From contig CM069133.1 in the NCBI GenBank assembly GCA_035221665.1, forward strand, positions 91,326,001-91,390,000: 64,000 nucleotides of DNA, read 5' to 3'. Under the pieces are notes generated by a model. It worked only from the letters and a program-made list of their open reading frames with translations. It had not been told where the DNA came from and made no database searches. The DNA is from Okamejei kenojei (lineage: Eukaryota). The position numbers and the translations under genes were made by a program. Below are positions 38,290-49,135 of this stretch, piece by piece. Numbering within the stretch: position 1 is the first letter of the stretch; the number at the start of each line of letters is the position of its first letter.

Positions 38290-38985
38290 CGATTTCCGCC
38301 CCTGTGCCTGACCCGCTATCAAAATATGGGGGGGGGGGGAGAACAATCTATTTGTGGCCGCACGCGCACACAAACGCGAGGCTTCGGCCGTGGGCCGTGT
38401 GGACAGTAACATCGGGAGCTGACCTGGTCGGTGACCAGCTCCGAACTCCAGCAACAGCAGCTTCGTCCTCCCCAAATTGCGGGGCTTGAATCGGCCCATT
38501 CGCGGGGCCTTTCATCGCCTGCCGTGGCTTAAAACCGGCTGCGGCGCTCAAGAACTTCATCTCAACATTGGGAGCCTCGATCGCCTCGACGCAGCAATTT
38601 GATTGCGGGGTGATGGAAGATCCCGTGGCTGATTAAGCTGAGCCAGGCGATGAAAGGCCTGCGAACGGGCCGATTCAAACTCCGCTCTGTGACCTTTGCT
38701 CCACCAGGACGTCTCCCTCCGCCAATTACCGCGCTCTATCCTCAGTCCCACCCCCTACCTCCGCCTCTGACAGTCACCTCCTCCTCATGTCCCCTGCCAC
38801 CCCATGGCCTGCTGGAATCATAACCCCCCTCAAATTGCCTGCTGACAGACGTCTCTCTCGTCGATCATCAGTCCCACCCACACTCGCGGAAAGCAGAGAT
38901 TTCTAAAAGATTTTTTTTCACCGAATTTTAAAATCCGCGTTACAAAACATGGAGTGCGTGTGCGTCACGGGATTTTCCGCCCATG
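38290..38985. repeat. GC/CpG-rich interspersed repeat inserted in a Penelope-type hairpin repeat
   Basis: Interrupts agatagacacaaaatgctgaactcag|...|ggcaggcagcatctc; similar ttccgccc(c/a)tg motifs near both ends; class uncertain. Confidence 0.4.
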
Positions 38986-40181
38986 GGCAGGCAGCATCTC
39001 TTGAGAGAAGGAATGGGTGACTTTTCGTATGCATACTCTCCTCAACACGACAAAATAATTTCCAATATACTGCTTCAACCAGTGATATACTGCAGTTATG
39101 AACTGAGGCTTGCACACCAACATTTGTTGCTGCAAGGTACCTAAATATTCTAGCATCTGCTATTAATTAAATTTGCCTTCAGATATTTTGGGTTTTTAAA
39201 TGTTTTACATGTTGATTTGCTTAACATGCAAACTGATCTGATGCGGGGTAGGATAAAGATGTTTCAAATTAGGCAAATAATATTTCACAGCTATATCGAC
39301 AGCAAAATTGACATGTTAATCAAAAATCCCATATAAGTTCATGTAATTATCAAAACTTTTTTTTCCATTAATATTATGCTTAGAAAGGGGCAATATTCGT
39401 TTTCTTTTGAAAGCAATTAAATAATAATAAATTTAACCTCATCACCTTATCAAGAGAGAAAGCTAAACTGAATGTTGCTTTTCTCTTAGGCAGTAAAGCA
39501 ACATACTTTAAGATGGCAGGTAGAATTTGATTTCAAGACAACATGTTAGTACTCATCTCGGCTTTAGAAATCAAACTGCTGAAATTCAGACAATAAACCT
39601 AAAAGTAGGTCACTCTTCTGCTTTTGGCCATTTTTGCTTCTCATTTCCAGAAGAATGAATCAGAAGAGGACTGACCGCCATCAAGGTCACTTTTGCTTTT
39701 GACCAAATTCAAATGTACCCTTCCGTCTCCCAAAAACATAATCAAACCATCTCTCTCAAACTTCAATTTGGAATACTGAGGATAATTTATTAATCATCAT
39801 TTTAACTTGGCACATGTTCCTCATTCAGAACAACTTAAGGCATGTTGTATTCAACTTTGTAATAGAGTTGATAATTTGGCACATAGATATTTCAGAAGGT
39901 TCAGTTCAATTACTTCACTGTTATTAATCAAAGTGCAATAAGAGACACTTTTAAAGCCTCTAACAGGCAGAACTGTACATTTGTAACAGTAATGGAACTG
40001 AAACAGTGGAGAAACTCATCAAAATTGAGTTACACTTTTAAATTTCAACAAATATTGATTGACTGGTGGCAACTGCAGACACGTTAAGTTGAAAATAATG
40101 AATTATCACAACAAAATTGATGTTTATTGATTTCAAAATTGTGCATATCAAGAGCTTTTGATTATTTAGAGTACAAGTGCT

Positions 40182-41501
40182 TAAGCACAGAGTCTGCCTT
40201 GTTGAAGGTACATAATGACCTACTGCTCACCATTGACTCCGGCGACTGTGCAATCCTGCTCCTTCTTGACCTCAGCGCAGCATTTGACACAGTCGACCAC
40301 ACCATCCTAATTGACCGTCTCCGGTACGGGGTTGGTATTGATGACACTGCCCTGAGCTGGTTCATCTCCTACCTCAATGTAGGAGTTTCTCGACTAACAT
40401 ATGCAACTCTTTCTCCTCCCCAGCTAGTCTCTGCTGTGGGGTCCCACAAGGTTCCATCCTTGGCCCCATTCTCTTTTCCCTGTATATGCTCCCCTTAGGC
40501 CAAGTCATGGAAAGGCATGGCATTTCCTTCCATTGCTACGCAGCCGATACACAACTCTATCTCCCCCTGAAGTCCAAAAAACAATCAAATTTGCTTACCC
40601 TTACCTGCTGCCTCGAGGATAAGGTGTTGGATGGCCCAGAACTTCCTCCAACTAAACGAGAGTAAGTCTGAGGTCATCCTTCTCGGCCCCTCGGACTCAA
40701 TCAAAATGATAGCAGGCAGCCTTGGAAGCCTTACCCCACTACTCATACCTCATGTCAAAAGCCTTGCCGTGATATTTGACTCAGCACTGAAATTTGACAA
40801 ACAAGTCAATGCCGTGGTAAAAGCTAGCTTCTTTCAGCTTCAGACGATAGTTAAAACAAAGCAATTCCTCCAATTTGATGACCTCGAAATCATCCACACA
40901 TTTATCTCCTCCCGCCTAGATTACTGCAACTCCCTTTACACTGGCATCAGCCAATCTTCCCTGTCCCGCCTGCAACTGGTCCAAAACACCACAGCGAGAC
41001 TCCTGACGGGCACCCGAAAAAGGGACCACATCACCCCGATCCTGGCCTCTCTCCACTGGCTCCCTGTGCGGTTCCGTATAAATTTCAAGATCCTCCTCTA
41101 CAAAGCCCTCAATGGGCTTGCCCCCACCTACATTAAAAGCCTTCTCACCTTCCACTCCACCTCCAGGTCCCTCAGATCGGCCGACTTGGGGTTGCTGAAT
41201 ATACCGTGGTCTAGGCATAAGCTCAGGGGAGACTGCGCCTTTGCGGTTGCAGCTCCTAGACTGTGGAACCGCATCCCTCTTCCCATCAGAACTGCCCCCT
41301 CCATCGCCTCCTTTAAGTCAAGATTAAAAACTTATCTATACTCCCAAGCCTTTCTTGACGTCCTCTGAGTGAGGGCTATATGTATATATGTATGTAGTTT
41401 GTTTGTTTGTACTATTCTTATAACAAATGTAAAGCACTTTGGCCAACGAGAGTTATTTTTTAAATGTGCTATATAAATAAATGTGACTTGACTTGACTTG
41501 A
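40182..41501 (+). mobile_element. 5'-truncated L2-clade LINE
   Basis: STESALLKVHNDLL, LLDLSAAFDTVDH, GVPQGS, YAADTQLY (YADD variant), SRLDYCNSL, LHWLPV, AFAVAAPRLWN; AATAAA followed by a (GACTT)n tail. Confidence 0.93.
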
Positions 41502-41724
41502 GAAGCTGCACTATATAATAGCCAGTTCTGATGCTAATAGTTCATTGTTGAGACAAAACAGTGAAATGTCCTGGTCCACCACAAGGTGCTGAAACTCTGG
41601 AAGCTTAATACAAACATGACAAAGCATACAGACATTTTGGTTTTGTTCTCCAGTAGAATAGTAGACAGGGCTGAATTGAAAGTGATTTGTCGGGTAGGTT
41701 CTGAAGGACATTAAGAAATGTTGT

Positions 41725-41955
41725 TTGTAGACACAAAATGCTGGAGTAACTCAGCGGGACAGGCAGCATCACTTGATAGAAGGAATGGCTGATGTTTCGA
41801 GTCGGATCTGGTCTGGTCGTCAGTCTGAAGAAGGTTCTTGACCCGAAATGTCACCCATTCCTTCTATTCAGAGAAGCTGCCTGTCCCGCTTAGTTACTCC
41901 AGCATTTTGTGCCTATCTTTGGTGTAAACCAGCATCTACAGTTCCTTCCTACACA
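41725..41955. repeat. Penelope-type palindromic short repeat
   Basis: Same family as 770-985, with a ctgaagaagg...cccgaaatgtc centre. Confidence 0.8.
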
Positions 41956-42328
41956 TTAATTAATTGTTCTTTGTTAAATATTTGAAAGCCTTCAGGGCAA
42001 AAATTGGATTATTGCATGTTAACTCCTGATCTATGGATTGTTCGATCAATGGCACAGCCTCTGTATTGCTACAGCATGTAATGCAGTAATTAGGAAAGGC
42101 AGCACAGTGTCTTCCATCACCTCAGCACTGGGGACTCAAAACAGTGAAAAGGGGTGTGAGCCAAGCAATATCCTCAAGCTTGCAAACCACAACCACGATG
42201 GATACATTAACCCAAAGGATACTTTGGCCATTAAGTTGGGCCTTTTGCAAACAAATGAAATGACCCACACAAATAGGTCTCTGGAAGAACCAGACAAATT
42301 ACTCCCAAACTGCACCAAGTTCTAAAAT

Positions 42329-42987
42329 TGTTATTACAAGGGAACAGGTTCAAGGATCTGACGAGTAGAACAGAAGAAAGGCACACTCGTCCATTAAGTT
42401 ACAAATCAGTTTTATTGGCACAAGAGAGAACAAAAACAATACTTATCTTGGCATGCGCGGGGCCCGCCTTACAGCAGCACACCTTCCTCTCTCTCGGCCT
42501 CCGCCCGCAGCGCTGATCGCAACCCAGCCCGTCGGTGAACCCCTCTCGTCAAGAACTACCTTATGGCTTACCGACGCCTGCCTTTATCAGGCAGAAATCA
42601 GTTGTTGAAATAATCGCCGGTAAGTCCTCGCCAACAGCAGTGCTCCCAAATTCAAATTACAATCAATGGCAATGGACTACATCCGTGCAGGCCCCCGTCC
42701 CCACCCCCGCCGATCGGAAACAAGGCGCTATCAGCCAGAGACGTGGCACGCAAGGTAATACACACAATGCTATCAGCTGCAGATTGGCGCGTAAAGCAAC
42801 ACACAGCGCTACAGACTTGGCGTGCAAAGCTTTAAACAGAGCGCCGTCAGCTTAGCCGGGGGAATTTAAACAAAGCGTTGGCTGCAGCGCTATGGCTTCT
42901 AAATATAGCGCTACGGGCCACAGCGCTATGGGCTTTAAAAATAGCGCTATGGGTCACAGACTGTTCGGTCAAAATTCTCGTATGACA
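42329..42987 (-). repeat. 3' LTR of the small ERV
   Basis: Minus strand TGTCATA...AACA; AATAAA at 42411-42416 (minus); repeated AGCGCTA(T/C) motifs in U3; no visible similarity to the LTRs of the large ERV. Confidence 0.85.
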
Positions 42988-43015
42988 TTCCACTCCTCGA
43001 ACAGTCTGGTTAGCG

Positions 43016-43300
43016 TCACATCCAGCCCACAAGCGTTATCTCGTTACAACTGGCCCACAGGCTGTAGTGAAGTCCACACGGTCGTGATGCTAACCTGCAC
43101 ACACAACACAGTAATATAATTGGCAACAAGATTGTCCCAATGGTCAGTCCCCAGTGCACCCCTGTTGCCGACCAGCCTACAAACATCCCGAAAGGCCACC
43201 ATCCTCCTGAGGGATTGTAGTTGTGGTTCTGTTCTCTGACCATTTGAATCTACTCAACGGCTTCCTGGATGTGATCAGCGAGGTTGGTGATGTTCTCTTT
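43016..43300 (-). pseudogene. env: Retroviral env TM C-terminal remnant (heptad, W-rich membrane-proximal region, membrane anchor, tail)
   Basis: ENITNLADHIQEAVE*IQMVREQNHNYNPSGGWWPFGMFVGW...GLTIGTILLPIILLCCVC..., ending just before the PPT and LTR. Confidence 0.78.
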
Positions 43301-43321
43301 TACCCCACTCAGAGTCAAACC

Positions 43322-43668
43322 AGTTTTGTCTTTTGATGCTGAAAAAAGCATGCTGCCATTTGTGTTATGATGCAATTTCATCACTGCTCCACTGTGACCT
43401 CTCAATGTAGCATAATTATTGCAGTGTCGTCGTATACATTCCAAAACAATACGAGTCACTCAAATCCTGCAGATGCCAGTGTTGATCAATTCCAGTGAAA
43501 TTTACAACAATAAACTTCTCCCGCGTGACCCGTTAAAAGTATTGGAGGAGCTTGAAGACTCAAGGTTCTTGCTCCTGCCTGCCCCATGCCCTGCTGCGGG
43601 CTCTCCTGCACCAAGGGCAGCAGCTCATTGCAGGGGCGCTTGGCCTGCACCAGCGCCATCTCATTTGC
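43322..43668 (-). pseudogene. SNRNP40: Intronless 5' fragment of SNRNP40 (U5 snRNP 40 kDa WD40 protein) inside an LTR element
   Basis: Manual translation: EMALVQAKRPCNELL...RTLSLQAPPILLTGHAGEVYCCKFHWN*STLASAGFE*LVLFWNVYDD/CNNYATLRGHSGAVMKLHHNTNGSMLFSASKDKT versus human SNRNP40 as recalled (SSLQAPIMLLSGHEGEVYCCKFHPNGSTLASAGFDRLILLWNVYGDCDNYATLKGHSGAVMELHYNTDGSMLFSASTDKT); 2 stops and 1 frameshift. Confidence 0.92.
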
Positions 43669-43707
43669 TATAATTATTTACCAAACATTTTCTATTCTAT
43701 TCGTCAG

Positions 43708-43725
43708 TTCCTACCAACTATGCTA
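43708..43725 (-). promoter_or_regulatory. Degenerate primer binding site, probably tRNA-Ser
   Basis: Minus strand TAGCATAGTTGGTAGGAA versus Ser PBS TGGCGTAGTCGGCAGGAT (13/18 matches, mostly transitions), 2 nt after the LTR end. Confidence 0.65.
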
Positions 43726-43892
43726 AATGTTACAAGGGAACAGGTTCAAGGATCTGACTAGTAGAACAGAAAAAAGGCAAATTTTATGCTTCAATTTTAT
43801 ACACTTCTACCGGGTCACTCCTCAACTTCTGACAATCCAGAGAAATCAATCCAAGTTTGTCCAACCTTTCCTTATAGCTAATACCCTCTAAA

Positions 43893-44266
43893 CTTACAAA
43901 ATTCTTAAGGGTTTGGACAGGCTATATGCAGGAAGATTGTTCCCGATGTTGGGGAACTCCAGAACAAGTGGTAACAGTTTAAGGATAAGTGGGAAGTCTT
44001 TTAGAACTGAGATGAGAAGATCATTTTTTACACAGAGAGTGGTGAGTGTGGAATTCTCTACCACAGAAGGTAGTTGAGGCCAGTTCATTGGCTATATTTA
44101 AGAGGGAGTTAGATGTGGCCCTTGTGGCTAAAGGGATCAGGGGGTATGGAGAGAAAGCAGGTACAGGATACTGAGTTGGATGATCAGCCATGATCATATT
44201 GAATGGCGGTGCAGGCTCGAAGGGCCGAATGGCCTACTCCTGCACCTATTTTCTTTTATTCTATGA
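43893..44266 (+). mobile_element. CR1 3' fragment nested in an older minus-strand CR1 (~43790-44550)
   Basis: Near-identical to the 3' ends of the copies at 23362-25762 and 47473-48873; ttctatg tail. Confidence 0.88.
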
Positions 44267-45499
44267 AACCAGGCAGCACTCTCATAAACCTCGTCTGCAT
44301 TCTTTCCAATGCCTCCACATCCTTCCTGTAATGGGGTAGCTAAAACTGCACACAATACACCAAAAGTCACCGAACTAATGTCCTGTAATCAGCTGCATCA
44401 TGTCTTCCTGACTGTTGTGATGCCCCAAGCAATGAAGGCAAGCATGCCATACACCTTCTTTACAACTCTTTCTACAGTACTTGTATTGCCACTTTCAGGG
44501 AGCTATGGATTTGGACCACACATCATTCTGTACATCAGTGCTGTAACTGGATTTTTTTTTTAAATCCTCCAGTACATTTTGGTAAAAAAACAGAAAAATT
44601 AATGTTTTATAAGAAACATTAAGAAGCAATGAAGCAGACAATAGTCCACAGTCTTTATTTTAGAACTAATGTGATCTAGTTTTATTTAGTGTAACTGTTA
44701 ATTGATTGTATATTTATTGTTGATGCATCCAAGTCAGAATTTCAGTCTTCCACTACACATCCAGTGCAAATGACAAATAAACACTTGCCTCTTGCGTTAA
44801 TTAAGTTAGAGATAAGTTGGATACTGTAAAGTGTACTGGTTACAGAATGAAGTACAAATACATTTAGTGGTCACTGGTTTAATAGCAGCAAATCAATAGG
44901 TTTCAGGGAAGCAACTGCTCTTTAAACAGAAACAAGGAAAAAAAGCAGATAGATGCTGTTTTTCAAAAGCCAAAGTGCTGGAGTAACTCAGTGGGTCAGG
45001 CAGCTCCCTAGAGAACACCAACTGGTGACATTTCATGTCGGACCATTCACAGCCTGAAACGTCATCTATTCATGTTCTCCAGGGATGCTGCCTGTCCCAC
45101 TGAACTACTCTAGCATTTAATGTCTTGTTCTGGTATATTACAGAACCTTCCTTGGTTATATGCAAAATACTGTAAATAGGACTAGTTTGGTTCAAGCGAT
45201 GGCACTTAATGCAGAATAGGTTAGGAGTTAAAACCCCACTGTAGCTCTTAATGTAGATGCCTGCGTCCACTACTGAAGCACAACTACATGTTTTGCCCGC
45301 TCGGCTGGATATAAATAGTCTAACTGGTACCTTTACAAACAAAATAAGGGAATTTAAAGGCCAGGACAACATTCCAACCTTCATTTATAATTTGGGGGAT
45401 TTTGTGTAATTGCCTATCTCAATTCAGCAATCAATTGCTGAAAAAGGGTTTTGACCTGAAACGTCACCCAATACTTCCAGAGATGCTGCATGACCTGCT

Positions 45500-45501
<2 letters not shown>

Positions 45502-45549
<48 letters not shown>

Positions 45550-45865
45550 CTTTATTACGGACTCAAGGTCCAGACAAGGGGCAACATTACATTTAAAAAA
45601 AAATGCATTGCATCTCAAATATCATAAATATATATAAAATCATGGTAAATCACATAAAAACATCATAATTTATTTTTTTTTAAAAACCCACAATACTTAA
45701 GTTAAAAATCCAGAGTAAAAAATGATCAATGTCGTACAACGGACAACGATACCAGTGTCTCCACAACTGGGATTCGTAGCGTGTAGTGCTAACCCTTATG
45801 TTTGTCAAGGCCACAATAAGCTCATTTTTAGAGTCATTTATCCTGCAAATGAATTTATACATGTG
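45502..45865 (-). mobile_element. LINE 3' end with an (ATT)n microsatellite tail
   Basis: VLRQHMYKFICRINDSKNELIVALT...RYESQLWRHW resembles non-LTR ORF2 C-termini; AATAAA followed by about 15 ATT units (45502-45548). Confidence 0.6.
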
Positions 45866-47472
45866 TTGTCTTAGGACTCTAGCACAGCATGAATTTACTA
45901 GCCAGGAGACGCATCATAACAAATATGCAACTTGTCCATTCTGGGTGGGGTGGGGTAGTTGGTGCAGGGGCAATAAGTGTCGCATTCAGCTTGGATGCGA
46001 GTGATAGTCAAGTATTCAAACCCAATGTTGCAGAACGTTTTACAGAAAGCTTCAGCAATAAAGTGAAAAAACTACAGATGCTGGAAATCTTGAACAAAAA
46101 AGAAAGCTGGAAAAAAATCAGCAGACCAGGCAGCATCTGCAAAAAGACATGCAGAAGTCTGGGTTGAGGTTCAGCAGTTAGATTAGAGGGTGGCAAATTA
46201 TTCATGAAGAGTTGTAAAGAAAAACCTGGGTAGTATAGACTAGTAAGCATGTGGTAGGAAACTTACTGGAGAGGATTCTAATGGATTAGACAGACATGCA
46301 TTTGGAAAGACAGGAATTTATAGGAGGGGGTCAAGTTGATTTTGTGCGTTGGTGATTGTCTCACGAATTTGAGTTCTTTGAAGTGGGAAGCAGAAGGTTG
46401 GTGACTCATCGATGTTGTCTCTATGGACTTCACCAAGGCGTTCGACAAGCCTTTAATAAGGTTCCACACAGTAGGCTGCTGAAAGGAGAGGTTCCATGGG
46501 ATCCAAGGCGAGGAAACAGCATTGGTTTCATTGTAGGAAGTCGAGAATGGTAGTAGGTTGTTTTTCAAACTGAAGGCCTTTGACTAATGATGTGCTTCAG
46601 CTGTAAACACCGAGTACACTGCCCTTTGTTATCTAGATCAATAATTTAGATGAGAATGTACAAGGCAGGAGTAATAAGTTTGCAGATGATATCTCGAGTT
46701 GGTGGTATCATAGAGAGTGAAGATGGTCATCAGAAATTATTACAGGGATGTAAGTATGTTGGGCAAGTGGGACGAAGAATGGCCAATGGATTTTGAGGTG
46801 CTGCATTTTGAGAAGTCTAACCATTGCAGGCCCTGTGCAGTGAACAATGGGGCCCAGGGGAGTGTGTTGGAGCAGATGGTTCAAGGAATAGAAGTACATA
46901 GTTCTCTGAAAGTTGTGTTGCATAGATATGATGGTGACAGAGGCTTTTGTTATGCAGGCCTTGAGTCACGGAATGGAGTATAGATGTTACGTTAAAGTTG
47001 TACAAGATGTTGATAAGGCCACACATGGAATATTGTGTCCAGTTTTGGTCACCGTGCTGAGCGAATTGTGTCATTAACTGGAATGAGTGCAGAGAAGAGT
47101 TATAAAGGACTAGACCAAGTGGGACCCGTTGGGTCCCAGCTTCACACGTGAGGGCTGGTCCCCCAATGCAATATTCCACCTCTCCACTAATTCCATTATT
47201 GCTGGCCAGTGAGGGGGGGGGGGGCGCTCTTTCTGGAGCACTAGTATGTGTGTTAGAGACATTTTTTGCTAGCAGTTTAGAACCAATAGAGACACTTTTG
47301 CAAGCATTTTAGAACCAAGAGACACATACTGCAAGCATTGTAGAACCAATAGACACCTTTTTTCTGCGAGCATTTTAGAACCAATAGACAACTTTCTGCA
47401 AGCATTTTAGAACCAATAGAGACACTCTTTTTGCAAGCATTTTAGAACCAATAGACACTTTTTGCAAGCATT

Positions 47473-48873
47473 TTACAGACCAGTTAGTCTAACATCGGTA
47501 GTGGGGAAACTGTTAGAGTCAGTTATTAAAGATTGGATAGCAGCACATTTGGAAAGTGGTGAAATCATTGAACAAAGGCAGCATGGATTTATGAAAGGTA
47601 AATCATGTTTTGACGAATCTGAAAGAATGTTTCGAGGATGTAACTAGTAGAGTGGATAAGGGAGAACCAGTGGATCTGTAACCCCCAATACCAGTGTTAC
47701 ATCTGGACTTTCAGAAGGCTTTCGACAAGGTCCCACATAAAAGATTAGTATGCAAACTTAAAGCACATGGTATTGGGGGTTCAGTATTGATGTGGATAGA
47801 GAACTGGCTGGCAGACAGGAAGCCAAGAGTAGGAGTAAACTGGTCCTTTTCAGAATGGCAGGCAATAGTGGGTACCGCAAGGCTCAGTGCTGGGACTCCA
47901 GCTATTTACAATATATATATATTAATGATTTGGACGAGGGAATTGAATGCAACATTCACTGGGGGGGCAGTGTTAGCTGTGAGGAGGATGCTAGGAAGCT
48001 GCAATGTGACTTGGATAGGTTGGGTGAGTAGGCAAATGCATGGCAGATGCTGTATAATGTGGATAAATGTGAGGTTATCCACCTTGGTGGCAAAAACAGG
48101 AAAGTAGACTATTATCTGAATGGTGGCCGATTAGGAAAAGGGGAGATGCAACGGGACCTGGGTGTCATGGTACACCAGTCATTGAAAGTAGGCATGCAGG
48201 TGCACAGGCTGTGAAGAAAGCGAATGGTATGTTAGCATTCATAGCAAAATGATTTGAGTATAGGAGCAGGAAGATACAACTGCAGTTGTACAGGACCTTG
48301 GTGAGACCACTCCTGGAGTATTGCGTACAGTTTGGGGCTCCTAATCTGAGGAAAGACATTCTTGCCATAGAGAGAGTACAGAGAAGGTTCACTAGACCGA
48401 TTCCTGGGATGTCAGGACTTTCATATGAAAAAAGACTGAATAGGCTCGGCTTGTACTCGCTAGAATTTAGAAGTTTGAGGGGGGATCTTATAGAAACTTA
48501 CAAAATTCTCAAAGGGTTGGACAGGTTGGATGCAGGAAGATTATTCCCGATGTTGGGGATGTCCAGAACAAGGGGTCACGGACTAAGGATAAGGGGGAAG
48601 TCATTTAGGACCGAGATGAGAAAAACATTTTTTACACAGAGAGTGGCGAATCTCTGGAATTCTCTGCCACAGAAGGTAGTTGAGGCCAGTTCATTGGCTA
48701 TATTTAAGAGGGAGTTAGATGTGGCCCTTGTGGCTAAGGGGATCAGGGGGTATGGAGAGAAGGCAGGTACGGGATACTGAGTTGGATGATCAGCCATGAT
48801 CATATTGAATGGCGGTGCAGGCTCAAAGGGCCGAATGGCCTACTCCTGCACCGGTTTTCTATGTTTCTATGTA
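47473..48873 (+). mobile_element. CR1 LINE (5'-truncated) nested in the Helitron minisatellite
   Basis: YRPVSLTSVVGK, LDFQKAFDKVPH, LEYCVQF, FFTQRVANLWNSLP; (ttctatg)n tail. Confidence 0.93.
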
Positions 48874-49135
48874 TAGAACCAATAGAGACACTTTCTGCAA
48901 ATATTTTAGAACCAAGAGACACTTTTTGCAACCATTTTAGAACCATTGGAGACACTTTTTGCAACCATTTTAGAACCAATACACTTTTTGCAACCATTTT
49001 AGAACCAATAGTCACTTTTTGCAAGCATTTTAGAACCAATACACACTTTTTGCAAGCATTTTAGAACCAATACACACTTTTTGCAGGCATTTTAGAACCA
49101 ATAGAGACACTTTTTGCAAGCATTTATAGAACCAC
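48874..49135 (+). repeat. ~30-32 bp minisatellite (ttttgcaagcattttagaaccaatagagacac); the other half lies at 47255-47472
   Basis: Directly visible tandem units on both sides of the CR1. Confidence 0.9.

Larger units (their letters stand above)
42329..43780 (-). mobile_element. Internally deleted second ERV family: 5' LTR stub - PBS - SNRNP40 fragment - env TM remnant - PPT - 3' LTR
   Basis: 43728-43780 duplicates 42329-42383 (LTR U5 end); PBS at 43708-43725; purine tract GAGGAGTGGAA before TGTCATA at 42987. Confidence 0.88.

Noticed and set aside
43322-43668. SNRNP40 match as a functional nested gene
   Set aside because: Partial, intronless, with stops and a frameshift, and enclosed by retroviral cis-elements.
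45402-45618. Poly-Ile / poly-Leu ORFs resembling signal or TM segments
   Set aside because: Translation of the (AAT)n microsatellite tail of a LINE.
47255-49135. Regularly spaced ~31-bp repeats (also 57330-57500) superficially like a CRISPR array
   Set aside because: Head-to-tail tandem units without unique spacers, in a eukaryotic Helitron, with no cas genes.
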